The position numbers and the translations under genes are program-made. The notes beneath the pieces were generated by a model. It did no database searches. It saw only the letters and a program-made list of their open reading frames with translations, and had not been told where the DNA came from. This document shows, in pieces, positions 8,214 through 18,386 of a stretch of 64,000 nucleotides of DNA. Source of the stretch: Calditrichia bacterium (GTDB lineage Bacteria; Calditrichota; Calditrichia; RBG-13-44-9; J075). The stretch spans positions 256,001-320,000 of the forward strand of contig JBOEGD010000011.1 in NCBI GenBank assembly GCA_050633245.1, written 5' to 3'. Each line of letters begins with the position of its first letter. Position 1 is the stretch's first letter.

Positions 8214-8416
8214 AGGCAGTAAGGCAGTAAGGCAGTAAAATATGTCAGAAACGAAGGGCAGAAACGAAGGGCAGAAAGGGAAATGAGTCTCCGATCAGCA
8301 CCGAAGGTGCGTCCAATAAGTCCCGAGTATCGGGACGCCCCATCAGCGTAGCACCCGATTCGTTCCGGCTTGCTACTTGCTTCTCGCCTCTCGCTACTTG
8401 CCGACTACCGACTACC
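8214..8416. repeat. Intergenic short tandem repeats flanking GC-rich hairpins
   Basis: AGGCAGTA x3 (8214-8237); CAGAAACGAAGGG x2 plus partial (8246-8280); hairpins GCACCGAAGGTGC and GTCCCGAGTATCGGGAC; degenerate 7-mers GCTACTT/GCTTCTC/GCCTCTC/GACTACC (~8372-8416). Confidence 0.75.
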
Positions 8417-8467
8417 AATCTTTTTCTTTTTCGTTGTTCAATACTCACGGGTCAATTATCATTCCAC

Positions 8468-9292
8468 ATGCTCTATCTGATACGATTTCTAAATATGTTC
8501 CTGCCGCTGATGTATCTGGCGCTGACCGCTCTGAACGTAGCCTGGTTTATGTACCAAGACCAACGTGCCCGGCAATACAAGAGCTGGCTACTTCCTGCAA
8601 CGCTGCTTGTGCATCTCGTTGAGGTTGTTCTACGCGGTATGTATAATGGACATTTTCCAATTGCGACGGTCTTTGAAGCGGCCAGCGTTCTGGCGCTGTG
8701 TCTGATGCTGGTTTACTATGTGGTGGAGCATCGCTTTAAGGTGCAGACAACCGGGCCATTTTTTGTATTTATTGCATTTCTTCTTCAATTATTCTCGAGT
8801 GCCTTCGTCGAGTTTGCCGGAAATATTCCCGGGCTGCTTCGCAGTCCAATGTTTATCCTACATACCGGGGCGGCCATGTTAAGCTACGCCGCAATATTCG
8901 CCGCTTCACTGTATGCATTGATGTATCTGCTGCTGTTCTATCAGATACGCAGTGCGCACTATGGATTGTTTTATCGTCGTTTACCGTCGTTGGAGCAGCT
9001 GGGCGATTTGAATTATCGCGCACTGGCTCTCGGCTTTGTGTTGCTAACAGTGCTGATTTTTCAAGGGGTAATCTGGCGGAAGAGCCTTTTCCCGGAGGAT
9101 GGACACTTCGATCCGCAGGTGGTCTTTGCCTATGGTGTGTGGCTTTTGTATGGGGCGACGCTGATCGGAAAACGGGTGATGCGCTGGAGCGGCAAATGGC
9201 TGGCCATTTGCACGCTGAGTGGCTTTTTGTTAATCGTTGTTTCGCTTATTACGGTGAATTATTTGGTAGATAGCTTTCACCGCTTTCACTAA
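8468..9292 (+). CDS. ccsA: Cytochrome c assembly protein CcsA/HemX-like family
   Basis: ~8 TM; GHFPIATVFEA, LHTGAAMLSYA, RRLPSLEQL, DPQV...VWLLY, final FHRFH. Confidence 0.8.
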   Translation: MLYLIRFLNMFLPLMYLALTALNVAWFMYQDQRARQYKSWLLPATLLVHLVEVVLRGMYNGHFPIATVFEAASVLALCLMLVYYVVEHRFKVQTTGPFFVFIAFLLQLFSSAFVEFAGNIPGLLRSPMFILHTGAAMLSYAAIFAASLYALMYLLLFYQIRSAHYGLFYRRLPSLEQLGDLNYRALALGFVLLTVLIFQGVIWRKSLFPEDGHFDPQVVFAYGVWLLYGATLIGKRVMRWSGKWLAICTLSGFLLIVVSLITVNYLVDSFHRFH

Positions 9293-9299
9293 GGCTTCC

Positions 9300-10640
9300 T
9301 TATGGCATTAAGACAATGCCGATATCCATTACATTGGTTCCGGTAGGTCCGGTGCGAATGAGCCCATTAATCTGCTGAAAAAAGGTATAGGCGTCGTTGT
9401 TGGACAGATAGTTTCTGGGATCGAGATTTGCCATGCGCGTTAAATGCCAGCTATAAGGTGAAATAATCGCTCCGGCCGCATCGGTTGGCCCATCAGTACC
9501 GTCAGTGCCGCAGCTTAACAACACAAACGATTCGCTCACGTCTTCCAGGGCCAGCATAGCCGACAGCGCAAATTCCTGATTCCTGCCACCTTTCCCATCC
9601 CCGCGTAGCGTAACGGTTGTTTCTCCACCAAACATCAGGCAGGCTGGTCTGGCAACAACACCATCGCCTTTAAGGCTTTCTCGAACATTGTCTGCTACCT
9701 GTTTGGCGGTAACTCGGGCCTCGCCCTGCAGTCTGCCGGTAAGCACCAACGTTTTATATCCCGCCTGCGCGGCAATCTTTTCCGCAGCATCCAGCGCGAG
9801 CATATTGTTGCCCAGGATAATATTGTGGGTTCGCTTTAGCAACGGATCGCCGGGCTTAATAGTGTCCGGAATTTGGCTGGAGCGCCCCGAACCAAAGTGT
9901 TTTACAATTGCCGGAGGGAGCTTGTCAACAAGGTTGTACTTCTGAATGACGTTCCAGGTGTCTTCAAAGGTGGTGGTGTCGGCTGCTGTTGGGCCAGACG
10001 CAATGCTTTCCAGAGCGTCTCCGATAACGTCACTAATAATTAGCGTAATGCAGGTAGCAGGATCGATTGCTCGTAATAACTGTCCGCCCTTAACGCGAGA
10101 TAAGTGCTTTCTCACGGTATTGAGTTCTTCAATATCCGCACCGCAACCAAGTAGGGCAGAGGTGATATTCTGTAGATCTTCCAGCGAAATAGAAACCGGT
10201 AAAAATTCCAAGAGTGCAGAACCGCCACCAGACAGAAGGCAAATAACCAGGTCATCGGCCTCAGCAGATTCTACCAGTTCCAAAAGCTCACGGGTGGCTT
10301 CAATGCCGTTTTTATCCGGTACCGGATGTCCTGCTTCGCGCAGACGAATCGTCTTGCAAGTAGCCGAATGGTCATATTTGGTGATAACCAGACCATCATC
10401 TATACGATCACCAAGCTGTTCTTCCAGTGCTTCCGCCATGTGTGCTGATGCCTTACCGGCACCGACAACGAGGATTCGTTTATAACCACTAAGGTTAAAC
10501 GTCTGCTCTTTAATCTGCAGAACATTCTCATCCAACGAGACGAGGTCGGATATCAATCGGTTTGGTCGTACCGCGTTAATTCCGGCCTTCAGGATTGCGA
10601 AGGCGTGTTTACGAAGAACAATTTCCCTTTCATTCAACAT
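9300..10640 (-). CDS. Glycerate 2-kinase / hydroxypyruvate reductase (MOFRL family)
   Basis: VVGAGKAS, EAGHPVPD, LLSGGGSAL, GGETTV, GGRNQE, TDGTDGPTDAAG, TGPTGTNVMD; likely start ATG 10640 (ORF track over-extends to 10796). Confidence 0.93.
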   Translation of the reverse strand: MLNEREIVLRKHAFAILKAGINAVRPNRLISDLVSLDENVLQIKEQTFNLSGYKRILVVGAGKASAHMAEALEEQLGDRIDDGLVITKYDHSATCKTIRLREAGHPVPDKNGIEATRELLELVESAEADDLVICLLSGGGSALLEFLPVSISLEDLQNITSALLGCGADIEELNTVRKHLSRVKGGQLLRAIDPATCITLIISDVIGDALESIASGPTAADTTTFEDTWNVIQKYNLVDKLPPAIVKHFGSGRSSQIPDTIKPGDPLLKRTHNIILGNNMLALDAAEKIAAQAGYKTLVLTGRLQGEARVTAKQVADNVRESLKGDGVVARPACLMFGGETTVTLRGDGKGGRNQEFALSAMLALEDVSESFVLLSCGTDGTDGPTDAAGAIISPYSWHLTRMANLDPRNYLSNNDAYTFFQQINGLIRTGPTGTNVMDIGIVLMP

Positions 10641-10865
10641 GTTGCGGTAGCTCCCGGGTTGTAAAGTAGAGTTGAGGCGCCGAACGAATCCATTCTGGTC
10701 GGCAGTTGATTGCAATAAAAGCGTTAAGAGTATTTGAGGTGTGATAGCTTCCACAGCAGGCAATGTGTATTCAAAAACGCGACGGCTTTTTTGCAAAGGT
10801 TGGTTTCAGATTTGTGTGTTTGTATATTCCTCTTATTGCGCGTCTTAACCATAAAGGTGTCCGAA

Positions 10866-12128
10866 ATGAAAAATATAATTTATCTGATACTGATGTTTTT
10901 GGCAATACCTATGTTTGCTCAAAACTGGCCAGGTTGGCGCGGTGCCACAGGAGATGGTCTTGTGCCGGACTCAAAGCTACCAGCGCAATGGAGCAGCGAT
11001 GAAAATATTGCCTGGCGTTTACCGATGCCCGGACCAGCAGCTTCGACACCGGTAGTTTGGGACAATCGCATCTTTCTAACTTCGGTTGAGAATGGCAACC
11101 TGATTTTGATGGCCATCTCCACCGAGGGTAAAGAGCTTTGGAAAAAGACTGTCGATCAGGGCAACAAAGAGTTTCTGCAGGGAGAGAGCAATTACGCAGC
11201 CCCATCACCCAGCACGGATGGTAAATTTGTCTATGCGCTGTTTGGCAGTGGTAAACTGGTTAACTATTCTGTTGATGGAATATTACAGTGGGAACGCAAT
11301 CTGGCGGAGGAATATGGCGAGTTCAATCTGTATTTTGGAATGGCAAGTTCACCGTTACTGCACAATGGCGTGCTCTACATTCAGCTAATTCATACCGATG
11401 CGCGACTGGTTTTGGCAATTGACAGTGGAACGGGAAAAAATGCCTGGAAACACGATCGCGTTACCAAAGCTCGAAATGAAAACCTGCACTCTTACGCTTC
11501 ACCAACACTCTTCAAAAACGCAAAGACGACTCAACTTATTATTCACGGCTCAGATGTCGTAACCGGCCATAATCTGACAGATGGAACGGAAATCTGGCGC
11601 AGCGCCGGCTTGCAGGACCCTGACAATTACAATGATGTTCTCAGACTCGTGGCGACACCCGTTAACAATGGTGAAATTCTTATCGTACCAAGTGCGAAGA
11701 ATGGACCTGTATTGGCGCTCAATCCCACAACGGCGAAGGGCAACATCACCGGAAATAAGGCGAATAATGTTTGGCGCTGGAACTCAGGTACCACCGATGT
11801 GCCATCAGCGGTTATTCACAATGGCCTGGTTTATATGTGTCGCGAGAATGGTGTTCTTTACTGCATCGATGCTGCGACGGGAGAAGAAGTTTATAAAGCG
11901 AGCGTTTATCGAAAACGACATCGCTCTTCACTTGTTTTCGGCGATAATAAAATTTACATCACCTCTATGGATGGAACGGTTTCCGTTGTCCGGGCTGGTC
12001 GTGAATACAAACTACTTTCACAAAATAAATTCAATGAACACACAGCTGCCTCTCCGGCAGTACATAATGGAGTCATCTATTTCCGGACATACCGCGCCCT
12101 GTATGCCGTATCAGATACTACAGAATAG
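10866..12128 (+). CDS. Secreted PQQ-binding-like beta-propeller protein
   Basis: Signal peptide then NWPGWRG; repeated SP...G...W propeller motifs; likely start ATG 10866. Confidence 0.85.
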   Translation: MKNIIYLILMFLAIPMFAQNWPGWRGATGDGLVPDSKLPAQWSSDENIAWRLPMPGPAASTPVVWDNRIFLTSVENGNLILMAISTEGKELWKKTVDQGNKEFLQGESNYAAPSPSTDGKFVYALFGSGKLVNYSVDGILQWERNLAEEYGEFNLYFGMASSPLLHNGVLYIQLIHTDARLVLAIDSGTGKNAWKHDRVTKARNENLHSYASPTLFKNAKTTQLIIHGSDVVTGHNLTDGTEIWRSAGLQDPDNYNDVLRLVATPVNNGEILIVPSAKNGPVLALNPTTAKGNITGNKANNVWRWNSGTTDVPSAVIHNGLVYMCRENGVLYCIDAATGEEVYKASVYRKRHRSSLVFGDNKIYITSMDGTVSVVRAGREYKLLSQNKFNEHTAASPAVHNGVIYFRTYRALYAVSDTTE

Positions 12129-12150
12129 TCAATTCTCGGGGGAAAATCTG

Positions 12151-12849
12151 ATGAACAAGCAGGACATGCAGAAGCAACAAGCTGCCTGGCATGCCGTGAA
12201 ATCGGTAAAGTCGGGCATGGTACTTGGTTTAGGAACCGGTAGCACTGCCAACTTTGCAATAAAGGCAATTGCGGAAAAGCTGAAATCGGGCGAGTTAAAC
12301 AACATCGTTGGTGTGCCAAGCTCGATACGAACTGAAACGCTTGCGCGTGAGTTGGAGATTCCGCTGAGCAGTCTGGAGGAAACGCCACGTATCGATTTAA
12401 CAATTGATGGTGCCGATGAAGTTGATGGAGACTTAAACCTCATCAAAGGTGGTGGCGGAGCATTGCTCCGAGAAAAAGTGCTGGCGCAATCCAGCGCTCA
12501 AAACATCATCATCGTTGATGAAAGCAAAGTGTCTGAACTGCTCGGCACAAGCTGGGCACTTCCAATAGAAGTAGTGCCGTTTGCTTTTTCTACTGTACAA
12601 CGTTTTCTTGAGGCATTGTCTACGAAAGCGCCGGTCCGCATGACGGACGATGGAAAGCCCTATGTTACCGATCAGGGAAATTGGATTGTCGATGCCTCCA
12701 TGGGTGTAATGACAGAAGCAGCAAAAATTGCCCAGACGCTCAATCAACGAGCAGGAATTGTAGAGCATGGTTTATTTATCGGACTGGCAACACAGGTTGT
12801 TGTTGCCTCGAGCGATGGTGTGCGCGTTATGGTGCCGCCCGGAAGGTGA
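12151..12849 (+). CDS. rpiA: Ribose-5-phosphate isomerase A
   Basis: LGLGTGSTA, IDGADEVD, LIKGGGGALLREK, GIVEHGLF; true start ATG 12151. Confidence 0.96.
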   Translation: MNKQDMQKQQAAWHAVKSVKSGMVLGLGTGSTANFAIKAIAEKLKSGELNNIVGVPSSIRTETLARELEIPLSSLEETPRIDLTIDGADEVDGDLNLIKGGGGALLREKVLAQSSAQNIIIVDESKVSELLGTSWALPIEVVPFAFSTVQRFLEALSTKAPVRMTDDGKPYVTDQGNWIVDASMGVMTEAAKIAQTLNQRAGIVEHGLFIGLATQVVVASSDGVRVMVPPGR

Positions 12850-12855
12850 GATTTG

Positions 12856-13611
12856 ATGTCTGCAAAGAATGAATCGATATTAATGTTTGCTGAAAAACAT
12901 GGTATTGCAGAATATGCGGCACAAAAGCTGCTTATTCTGTCGCTGAATGCGACAACTGAAAACCCTGCATTTGTTGCTCTGTCCGGCGGCAGTACGCCAA
13001 AAGCGTTGTTTAGGCTGCTGGCCGAAACGCCTTATCGCAATAGCGTGCTCTGGGAAAACATAATTCTGTTTTGGGGAGATGAACGCTGTGTTCCGCCTGA
13101 TAGTGTGCAGAGCAACTTTGGTACTGCCAGGGAATTGCTTTTTGACCGGCTGGACAATGCGCCGATTTTTCATCGCGTGCGAGGAGAAGCTGACCCGCTG
13201 GAAGCAAACAAAGCCTATGCAGATCTTCTTTGCAAGACGTTGCCGCTAAACGACTCTGAACTACCGGTTTTTGATTGGATAATGCTGGGAATGGGTGAGG
13301 ATGGGCATACGGCCTCCATCTTTCCTCAGCAACCGCTTCAGCATGTTTGTCGCGCAGCCTGCGGCATTGCAACACATCCCGATAGTGGCCAAAAACGCGT
13401 CAGCTTTACCATGGACGTTTTGAATGCCGCCAAAGAGGTGTCATTTCTGGTGGCCGGAGCCGGAAAAGCAAACGTTGTTGAAGCCATTTTTACACAGGAT
13501 GAGACGCCATTTCCGGCAGATCAGGTTCACCCATCAAACGGCAAACTGGAATGGTGTCTGGATCGCGCTGCCGGTGATGTACTTCTGAAACTTTCAAATC
13601 GCACCGATTAA
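12856..13611 (+). CDS. pgl: 6-phosphogluconolactonase
   Basis: ALSGGSTP, FWGDERCVPP..SN, LGMGEDGHTASIFP. Confidence 0.93.
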   Translation: MSAKNESILMFAEKHGIAEYAAQKLLILSLNATTENPAFVALSGGSTPKALFRLLAETPYRNSVLWENIILFWGDERCVPPDSVQSNFGTARELLFDRLDNAPIFHRVRGEADPLEANKAYADLLCKTLPLNDSELPVFDWIMLGMGEDGHTASIFPQQPLQHVCRAACGIATHPDSGQKRVSFTMDVLNAAKEVSFLVAGAGKANVVEAIFTQDETPFPADQVHPSNGKLEWCLDRAAGDVLLKLSNRTD

Positions 13612-13634
13612 CCTTTTAAACAGGGAATGTTTCT

Positions 13635-15965
13635 ATGAACAGCAAATATGTAGATCAAGTCTGTGAAGAGCTGATGAAAATGCCGCGGCTGCTACACTTC
13701 ATTCCCATGCTTTTTGTGGGATGGGCCGATGGCGTGCTCAGTCCAACGGAAGTAGAGTTGATTCGGAAAAAGATTCAGAAATCAGGACTGGATAAAGAAG
13801 AACGCGACGTTCTGGATCGTTATCTCGATCCATCTAACCCTCCGAAATATAAAGATATGGAAGCATGGCTTTGCCTCATTCGCAAGGCCGTTGATGGTGA
13901 AACTATTGGGCCGCGCAGAGATCTTATCGAGCTTGGTGCCAAAGTGGCCACCATGGGGAATTCCCAATATAAAGCAGACAATGCCACTCTCGAAGCATTG
14001 CGTGAAGTGGAAGACGCCCTCGGCGTCATTAGTCATGAAGCTTCGAAACGGCTTACGCAAACCGGGAAGCGGCCGCAAGCGGCAGCGAATACTGAAGAAG
14101 AGCCTTCATTTAGTGCATCAGCTATGCAGGCTTTGCTGGATGGCGAGCAGCGCGGTATGAAGGAACATGTCAGACAACTCCTGCGCGATCCTGCTTTTGC
14201 CTATCACGATCAGGATGATCGTTATGCCTATCGCGAGAAAGTGCTGGAGTGGTGCAGGATTCTCGCCGAACAGGGAATTGGTGCGCTTTCTTACCCGGAG
14301 AATGTTGGCGGGAAGAACGACATGCGTTCGTTTGTGGCCGCTTTCGAGACGCTGGCCTATCACGATCTAAGCCTGGTCATAAAGTTTGGCGTGCAGTTTG
14401 GCCTGTTTGGCGGTAGTATTCTCGGCCTTGGCACAGAAAAACATTATCAGAAGTATCTACCCGGCGCGGGAAGTCTGGAACTTCCGGGCTGCTTTGCCAT
14501 GACCGAATTGGGACATGGTTCAAACGTGCGCGATATCGAAACAACGGCAACCTATGACGTTACCACCGAAGAGTTTGTCATTCATACACCATCTGACAGC
14601 GCACATAAACACTACATTGGTAATGCCGCAATGCATGGACGAATGGCAACGGTTTTTGCTCAGCTCATTATTAATGAAGAACAGTACGGCGTTCACGCTT
14701 TTGTGGTGCCGCTACGCGACGAATCTGGTAAAACACTGCCGGGCATTCACATTGAGGACTGTGGCCGCAAGGTGGGCTTGAATGGCGTTGATAATGGCAA
14801 GATTTGGTTTAATTCAGTTCGTATTCCACGTGAGGATCTACTGAACCGCTTTGCCGAAGTCTCTGCTACCGGAGAATATGATAGTCCTATTCACAGCATT
14901 CCGGCAAGGTTTTTCACAATGCTCGGTACGCTGGTTGGTGGTCGGGTTAGTATAACGGCATCTGGTCTTAGCGCTGCAAAATCCGGTCTGGCCATTGCTA
15001 TTCGCTATGCTTCACGTCGCAGGCAGTTTGGTCCGGCAAACGCGCCGGAAACAACGCTGCTCGACTATCGCACACATCAACGTCGTCTAATGCCGTTGCT
15101 TGCCAATGCCTATGCACTGGATTTTGGCTTGAAGCATGTGGTGCAGCGATTTGCCGATCGCAGTGAAGACGATTCTCGTGAGGTTGAAGCACTTGCTGCC
15201 GGATTTAAGGCTTATTCCACCTGGAATACGACCAAAACCCTGCAGATATGTCGAGAAGCATGTGGCGGTCAGGGCTATATTTCTGCCAATCGCATTGGCG
15301 ACCTTAAGGCCGACAGCGATATTTTTACCACATTTGAAGGCGATAATACAGTGCTCATGCAGCTGGTTGCTCGCGGTAGATTAACCGATTTCAAAAAGCA
15401 GTTTCATGGAGCTCGCTTCTTTGGCATTCTGAAATACGTGGCAGGACAGGCGGCAACGATGCTCAGTGAAATGAATCCTCTGATTGTTCGCAATACCGAT
15501 CCCGATCACTTGCGTGATGCCGAATTTCACGTTGATGTGTTCAGGGCAAGGGAGAATGCGCTCATCGCTTCCGCTGCAAAGCGCTTAAAAAAACGCATCG
15601 ATAAGGGCGTCGACAGCTATGAGGCTTTCATCGACTGTCAGGATCATCTTATTACCCTTGCCGAAGCGTATGTCGAACGCGTTATTCTGGAGCAGTTTCA
15701 GCAAGGTGTGGCAAACAGCACGGATGAAACGTTGCGCAATGCGCTTCAGCCATTGCTACAACTATTTGCACTGTCTACCATCGAAAAACATCGCGGTTGG
15801 TATTTGGAGGAAGGTTTTATGGAAGGTGCGAAGGCCAAGGCGGTGCGTCGTGAAGTCAATCGGCTTTGCCTGGAAGTGCGAAAGCAGGCGCTGCCGTATG
15901 TGCATAGCTTTGCTATTCCAGATACCTGCCTTGCGGCACCGATTGCCGACATTTCGCAGCCATAA
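13635..15965 (+). CDS. Acyl-CoA oxidase/dehydrogenase with N-terminal TerB-like extension
   Basis: GCFAMTELGHGSNV, GLNGVDNG, CREACGGQGY, TTFEGDNTVLMQ; N-terminal WADGVLSPTE. Confidence 0.88.
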   Translation: MNSKYVDQVCEELMKMPRLLHFIPMLFVGWADGVLSPTEVELIRKKIQKSGLDKEERDVLDRYLDPSNPPKYKDMEAWLCLIRKAVDGETIGPRRDLIELGAKVATMGNSQYKADNATLEALREVEDALGVISHEASKRLTQTGKRPQAAANTEEEPSFSASAMQALLDGEQRGMKEHVRQLLRDPAFAYHDQDDRYAYREKVLEWCRILAEQGIGALSYPENVGGKNDMRSFVAAFETLAYHDLSLVIKFGVQFGLFGGSILGLGTEKHYQKYLPGAGSLELPGCFAMTELGHGSNVRDIETTATYDVTTEEFVIHTPSDSAHKHYIGNAAMHGRMATVFAQLIINEEQYGVHAFVVPLRDESGKTLPGIHIEDCGRKVGLNGVDNGKIWFNSVRIPREDLLNRFAEVSATGEYDSPIHSIPARFFTMLGTLVGGRVSITASGLSAAKSGLAIAIRYASRRRQFGPANAPETTLLDYRTHQRRLMPLLANAYALDFGLKHVVQRFADRSEDDSREVEALAAGFKAYSTWNTTKTLQICREACGGQGYISANRIGDLKADSDIFTTFEGDNTVLMQLVARGRLTDFKKQFHGARFFGILKYVAGQAATMLSEMNPLIVRNTDPDHLRDAEFHVDVFRARENALIASAAKRLKKRIDKGVDSYEAFIDCQDHLITLAEAYVERVILEQFQQGVANSTDETLRNALQPLLQLFALSTIEKHRGWYLEEGFMEGAKAKAVRREVNRLCLEVRKQALPYVHSFAIPDTCLAAPIADISQP

Positions 15966-16027
15966 GAAAAGACTTTTTTCTACCGAGAACATAGCTTAAT
16001 TTAGCGAGCTGTGTTTTGAACTTTGAA

Positions 16028-16097
16028 GTAAAGACGCAAAGCTATTGCGTCACAACCTTGAATCTTGATGTAAAGACGCAATGCATTGCGTCTCAAC
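16028..16097. repeat. REP-like palindromic doublet
   Basis: GTAAAGACGCAAAGCTATTGCGTCACAAC (16028-16056) and GTAAAGACGCAATGCATTGCGTCTCAAC (16070-16097); GTAG-like 5' end plus palindrome. Confidence 0.75.
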
Positions 16098-16124
16098 ATT
16101 TGCACGTTGAACTACTATCTTATC

Positions 16125-17450
16125 ATGAAAAAAGTATATATCGAAACATATGGTTGTCAGATGAACGTTTACGATACCGAAATCGTAAAAACCGTTCTCT
16201 CCGACAATAAATACACGCTGACCGAAAGCGAAGAGGATGCAGACATCGTTCTGCTCAATACCTGTTCCGTTCGCGACAATGCCAATCGCAAGGTGTTTAA
16301 TCGCATCTCGCGAATAAAACATCAGCGCAAAGATGGTGATGTGCAAATTGGCATTCTGGGCTGCATGGCTACCAACTTTCGCAAGCAGCTGCTCGAAAAC
16401 CCAAAGTTGCCGATCGACTTTATTGCCGGGCCAGACAGTTACAAGCGCCTGCCTCAGCTTATTGAAGAAATGAACCCGAAGGACACCCGCGGTAACTTCG
16501 ATGTAACGCTATCTGAGTTCGAGACTTATTCCGATGTTTATCCAACGCATCGCACCGGCATCAATGCCTGGATTGCCGTAATGCGTGGCTGCGATAATTT
16601 CTGCACCTTTTGCGTTGTTCCCTATACTCGCGGTCGAGAACGCAGCCGCTCACCTGAGAATATTGTTGAAGAGGTGTACAAGCTGGCTGATGAAGGTTTT
16701 CGTCAGGTTACCCTGCTCGGCCAGAACGTAAATTCCTATAAGTTTGAACAGCACGACTTTGCCCATTTACTTGAACAAGTGAGCGCTGTTCCAGGTATTG
16801 AACGCATTCGCTTTACTTCGCCGCACCCGAAAGACTTTCCGCGCAATTTGTTAGAGGTAATTGCTTCAAATGATAAGGTGTGTAAACAAATTCATATGCC
16901 GCTACAGGCAGGCAATGACCGCGTTCTCGAAATGATGAACCGCACTTATACTCGCAAAGAATACATGTCTCTGGTGGAAGAAATTCGTACGCTATATCCC
17001 AATATAGCCTTAAGTACAGATATCATTGTCGGGTTTCCGACTGAAACAGCTGATGAGTTTGACGAGACCTTCGAAGTGATGGATGAAGTAGAATACGATT
17101 CTGCCTATATTTTTAAGTATTCCGAGCGTCCACAAACCATTGCCAAGCGCAAGTTTCCTGACGATGTGTCGGAAGAGGAAAAGACGCGTAGAATTGTTAA
17201 GCTAAATGAGCTTCAAAAACGCAAGTCCTACCAAAAGAATCTTGCGCATATTGGCGAAGTTCATGAGGTGCTCTTAGAGAAGGAATCCACTAAAAAATCT
17301 GATCAGGAATTTCAGGGAAGAAACGACGCAAACAAGATCGTCATCTTTCCGCGCGGCGGATATTTAAGCGGACAATTTCTTAATGTAAAGATCACAGATG
17401 CATCGCCACATGTCTTGCGTGGCCACGTTCTGGAAGTTCTTGGTAAATAA
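16125..17450 (+). CDS. miaB: tRNA-2-methylthio-N6-dimethylallyladenosine synthase MiaB
   Basis: ETYGCQMN, LLNTCSVR, GCDNFCTFC radical SAM motif, RFTSPHP, C-terminal TRAM; start ATG 16125. Confidence 0.96.
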   Translation: MKKVYIETYGCQMNVYDTEIVKTVLSDNKYTLTESEEDADIVLLNTCSVRDNANRKVFNRISRIKHQRKDGDVQIGILGCMATNFRKQLLENPKLPIDFIAGPDSYKRLPQLIEEMNPKDTRGNFDVTLSEFETYSDVYPTHRTGINAWIAVMRGCDNFCTFCVVPYTRGRERSRSPENIVEEVYKLADEGFRQVTLLGQNVNSYKFEQHDFAHLLEQVSAVPGIERIRFTSPHPKDFPRNLLEVIASNDKVCKQIHMPLQAGNDRVLEMMNRTYTRKEYMSLVEEIRTLYPNIALSTDIIVGFPTETADEFDETFEVMDEVEYDSAYIFKYSERPQTIAKRKFPDDVSEEEKTRRIVKLNELQKRKSYQKNLAHIGEVHEVLLEKESTKKSDQEFQGRNDANKIVIFPRGGYLSGQFLNVKITDASPHVLRGHVLEVLGK

Positions 17451-17572
17451 GCACGCTTGTTTTTTCCTAAAGCACCCACAAATTGCCCTTTGTCACGTCA
17501 ACTTAACTTCTGACAACATATAATCTTATGAATCCGAAAGTTAAGTTCTCTCAGTGTTTTATATAACGATCT

Positions 17573-18343
17573 TTGGGGCAACTTTTGCCTTACCGAAACG
17601 TATTGCATATCTGTTTGCTTATTGCTCTCTCGGGATGGGGAGATTCACAGCTATTTTGCCAGGACTTCAAGGATGAACAGTTGCGATATCCGCGTGTTCG
17701 TGAAGCCTATCGTTCTAAGGAAAAGATTGTAAAACAGCGTTTCAGTGTCAGGAATATCGCATATCCGCCCAAACAGCTTTTTATCCGTATTCTCAAATCG
17801 ACTTCTCAACTAGAGGTCTGGGCAAAATCTGTAGACAGCCTGTCATTTCAGCTGGTTCACAGCTATGATATTTGCAGCTTCTCAGGGGATGTAGGGCCAA
17901 AACGTGCACAGGGTGATCTGCAACTGCCGGAAGGATTTTATACGATTGATCGCTTTAATCCGGTAAGTAACTTCTATTTGTCTCTTGGAATTAACTATCC
18001 GAATCGATCGGACAAAGCATTAACCAGCGCAGCAAAACCGGGTGGAGATATTTTTATCCATGGAGATTGCGTTAGTATTGGCTGTGCGGCAATGAGAGAC
18101 TCAAGTATTAAAGAAATATACGTAATGGCTGTAGAAGCACGAAACTATAGCAAGTCAATTAGCGTGCATATTTTTCCCACAAAATTGAGCGGCAGCGGTT
18201 ATTCAGCGCTTATTGAGCAATATCCGCAGCATCAAACGTTTTGGGAAAGTATGCAGTTTGGCTACAATTATTTTGAAAAGAATAAAGAATTACCTGAAGT
18301 GTGCATCTCACAGGCTGGTTGGTATATCAATTGCACTAAATAA
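17573..18343 (+). CDS. L,D-transpeptidase-family protein (YafK/DpaA-like)
   Basis: GPKRAQGDLQLPEGFY, FNPVSNFYLSLGINYPN, IFIHGDCVSIGC; start uncertain. Confidence 0.88.
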   Translation: MGQLLPYRNVLHICLLIALSGWGDSQLFCQDFKDEQLRYPRVREAYRSKEKIVKQRFSVRNIAYPPKQLFIRILKSTSQLEVWAKSVDSLSFQLVHSYDICSFSGDVGPKRAQGDLQLPEGFYTIDRFNPVSNFYLSLGINYPNRSDKALTSAAKPGGDIFIHGDCVSIGCAAMRDSSIKEIYVMAVEARNYSKSISVHIFPTKLSGSGYSALIEQYPQHQTFWESMQFGYNYFEKNKELPEVCISQAGWYINCTK

Positions 18344-18386
18344 GCCTGACTATTCGTATTATCACCGCATGCAGTAAAATTTAGGA

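Noticed and set aside
8214-8416. CRISPR array
   Set aside because: Repeats are 7-13 bp and contiguous with no spacers; no cas genes in the window
11581-12150. 190-aa N-terminal extension of RpiA in the ORF track
   Set aside because: Overlaps the beta-propeller gene in another frame; RpiA similarity begins at ATG 12151. The same applies to extensions at 10641-10796, 10734, 16086, 29231, 35612 and 57937
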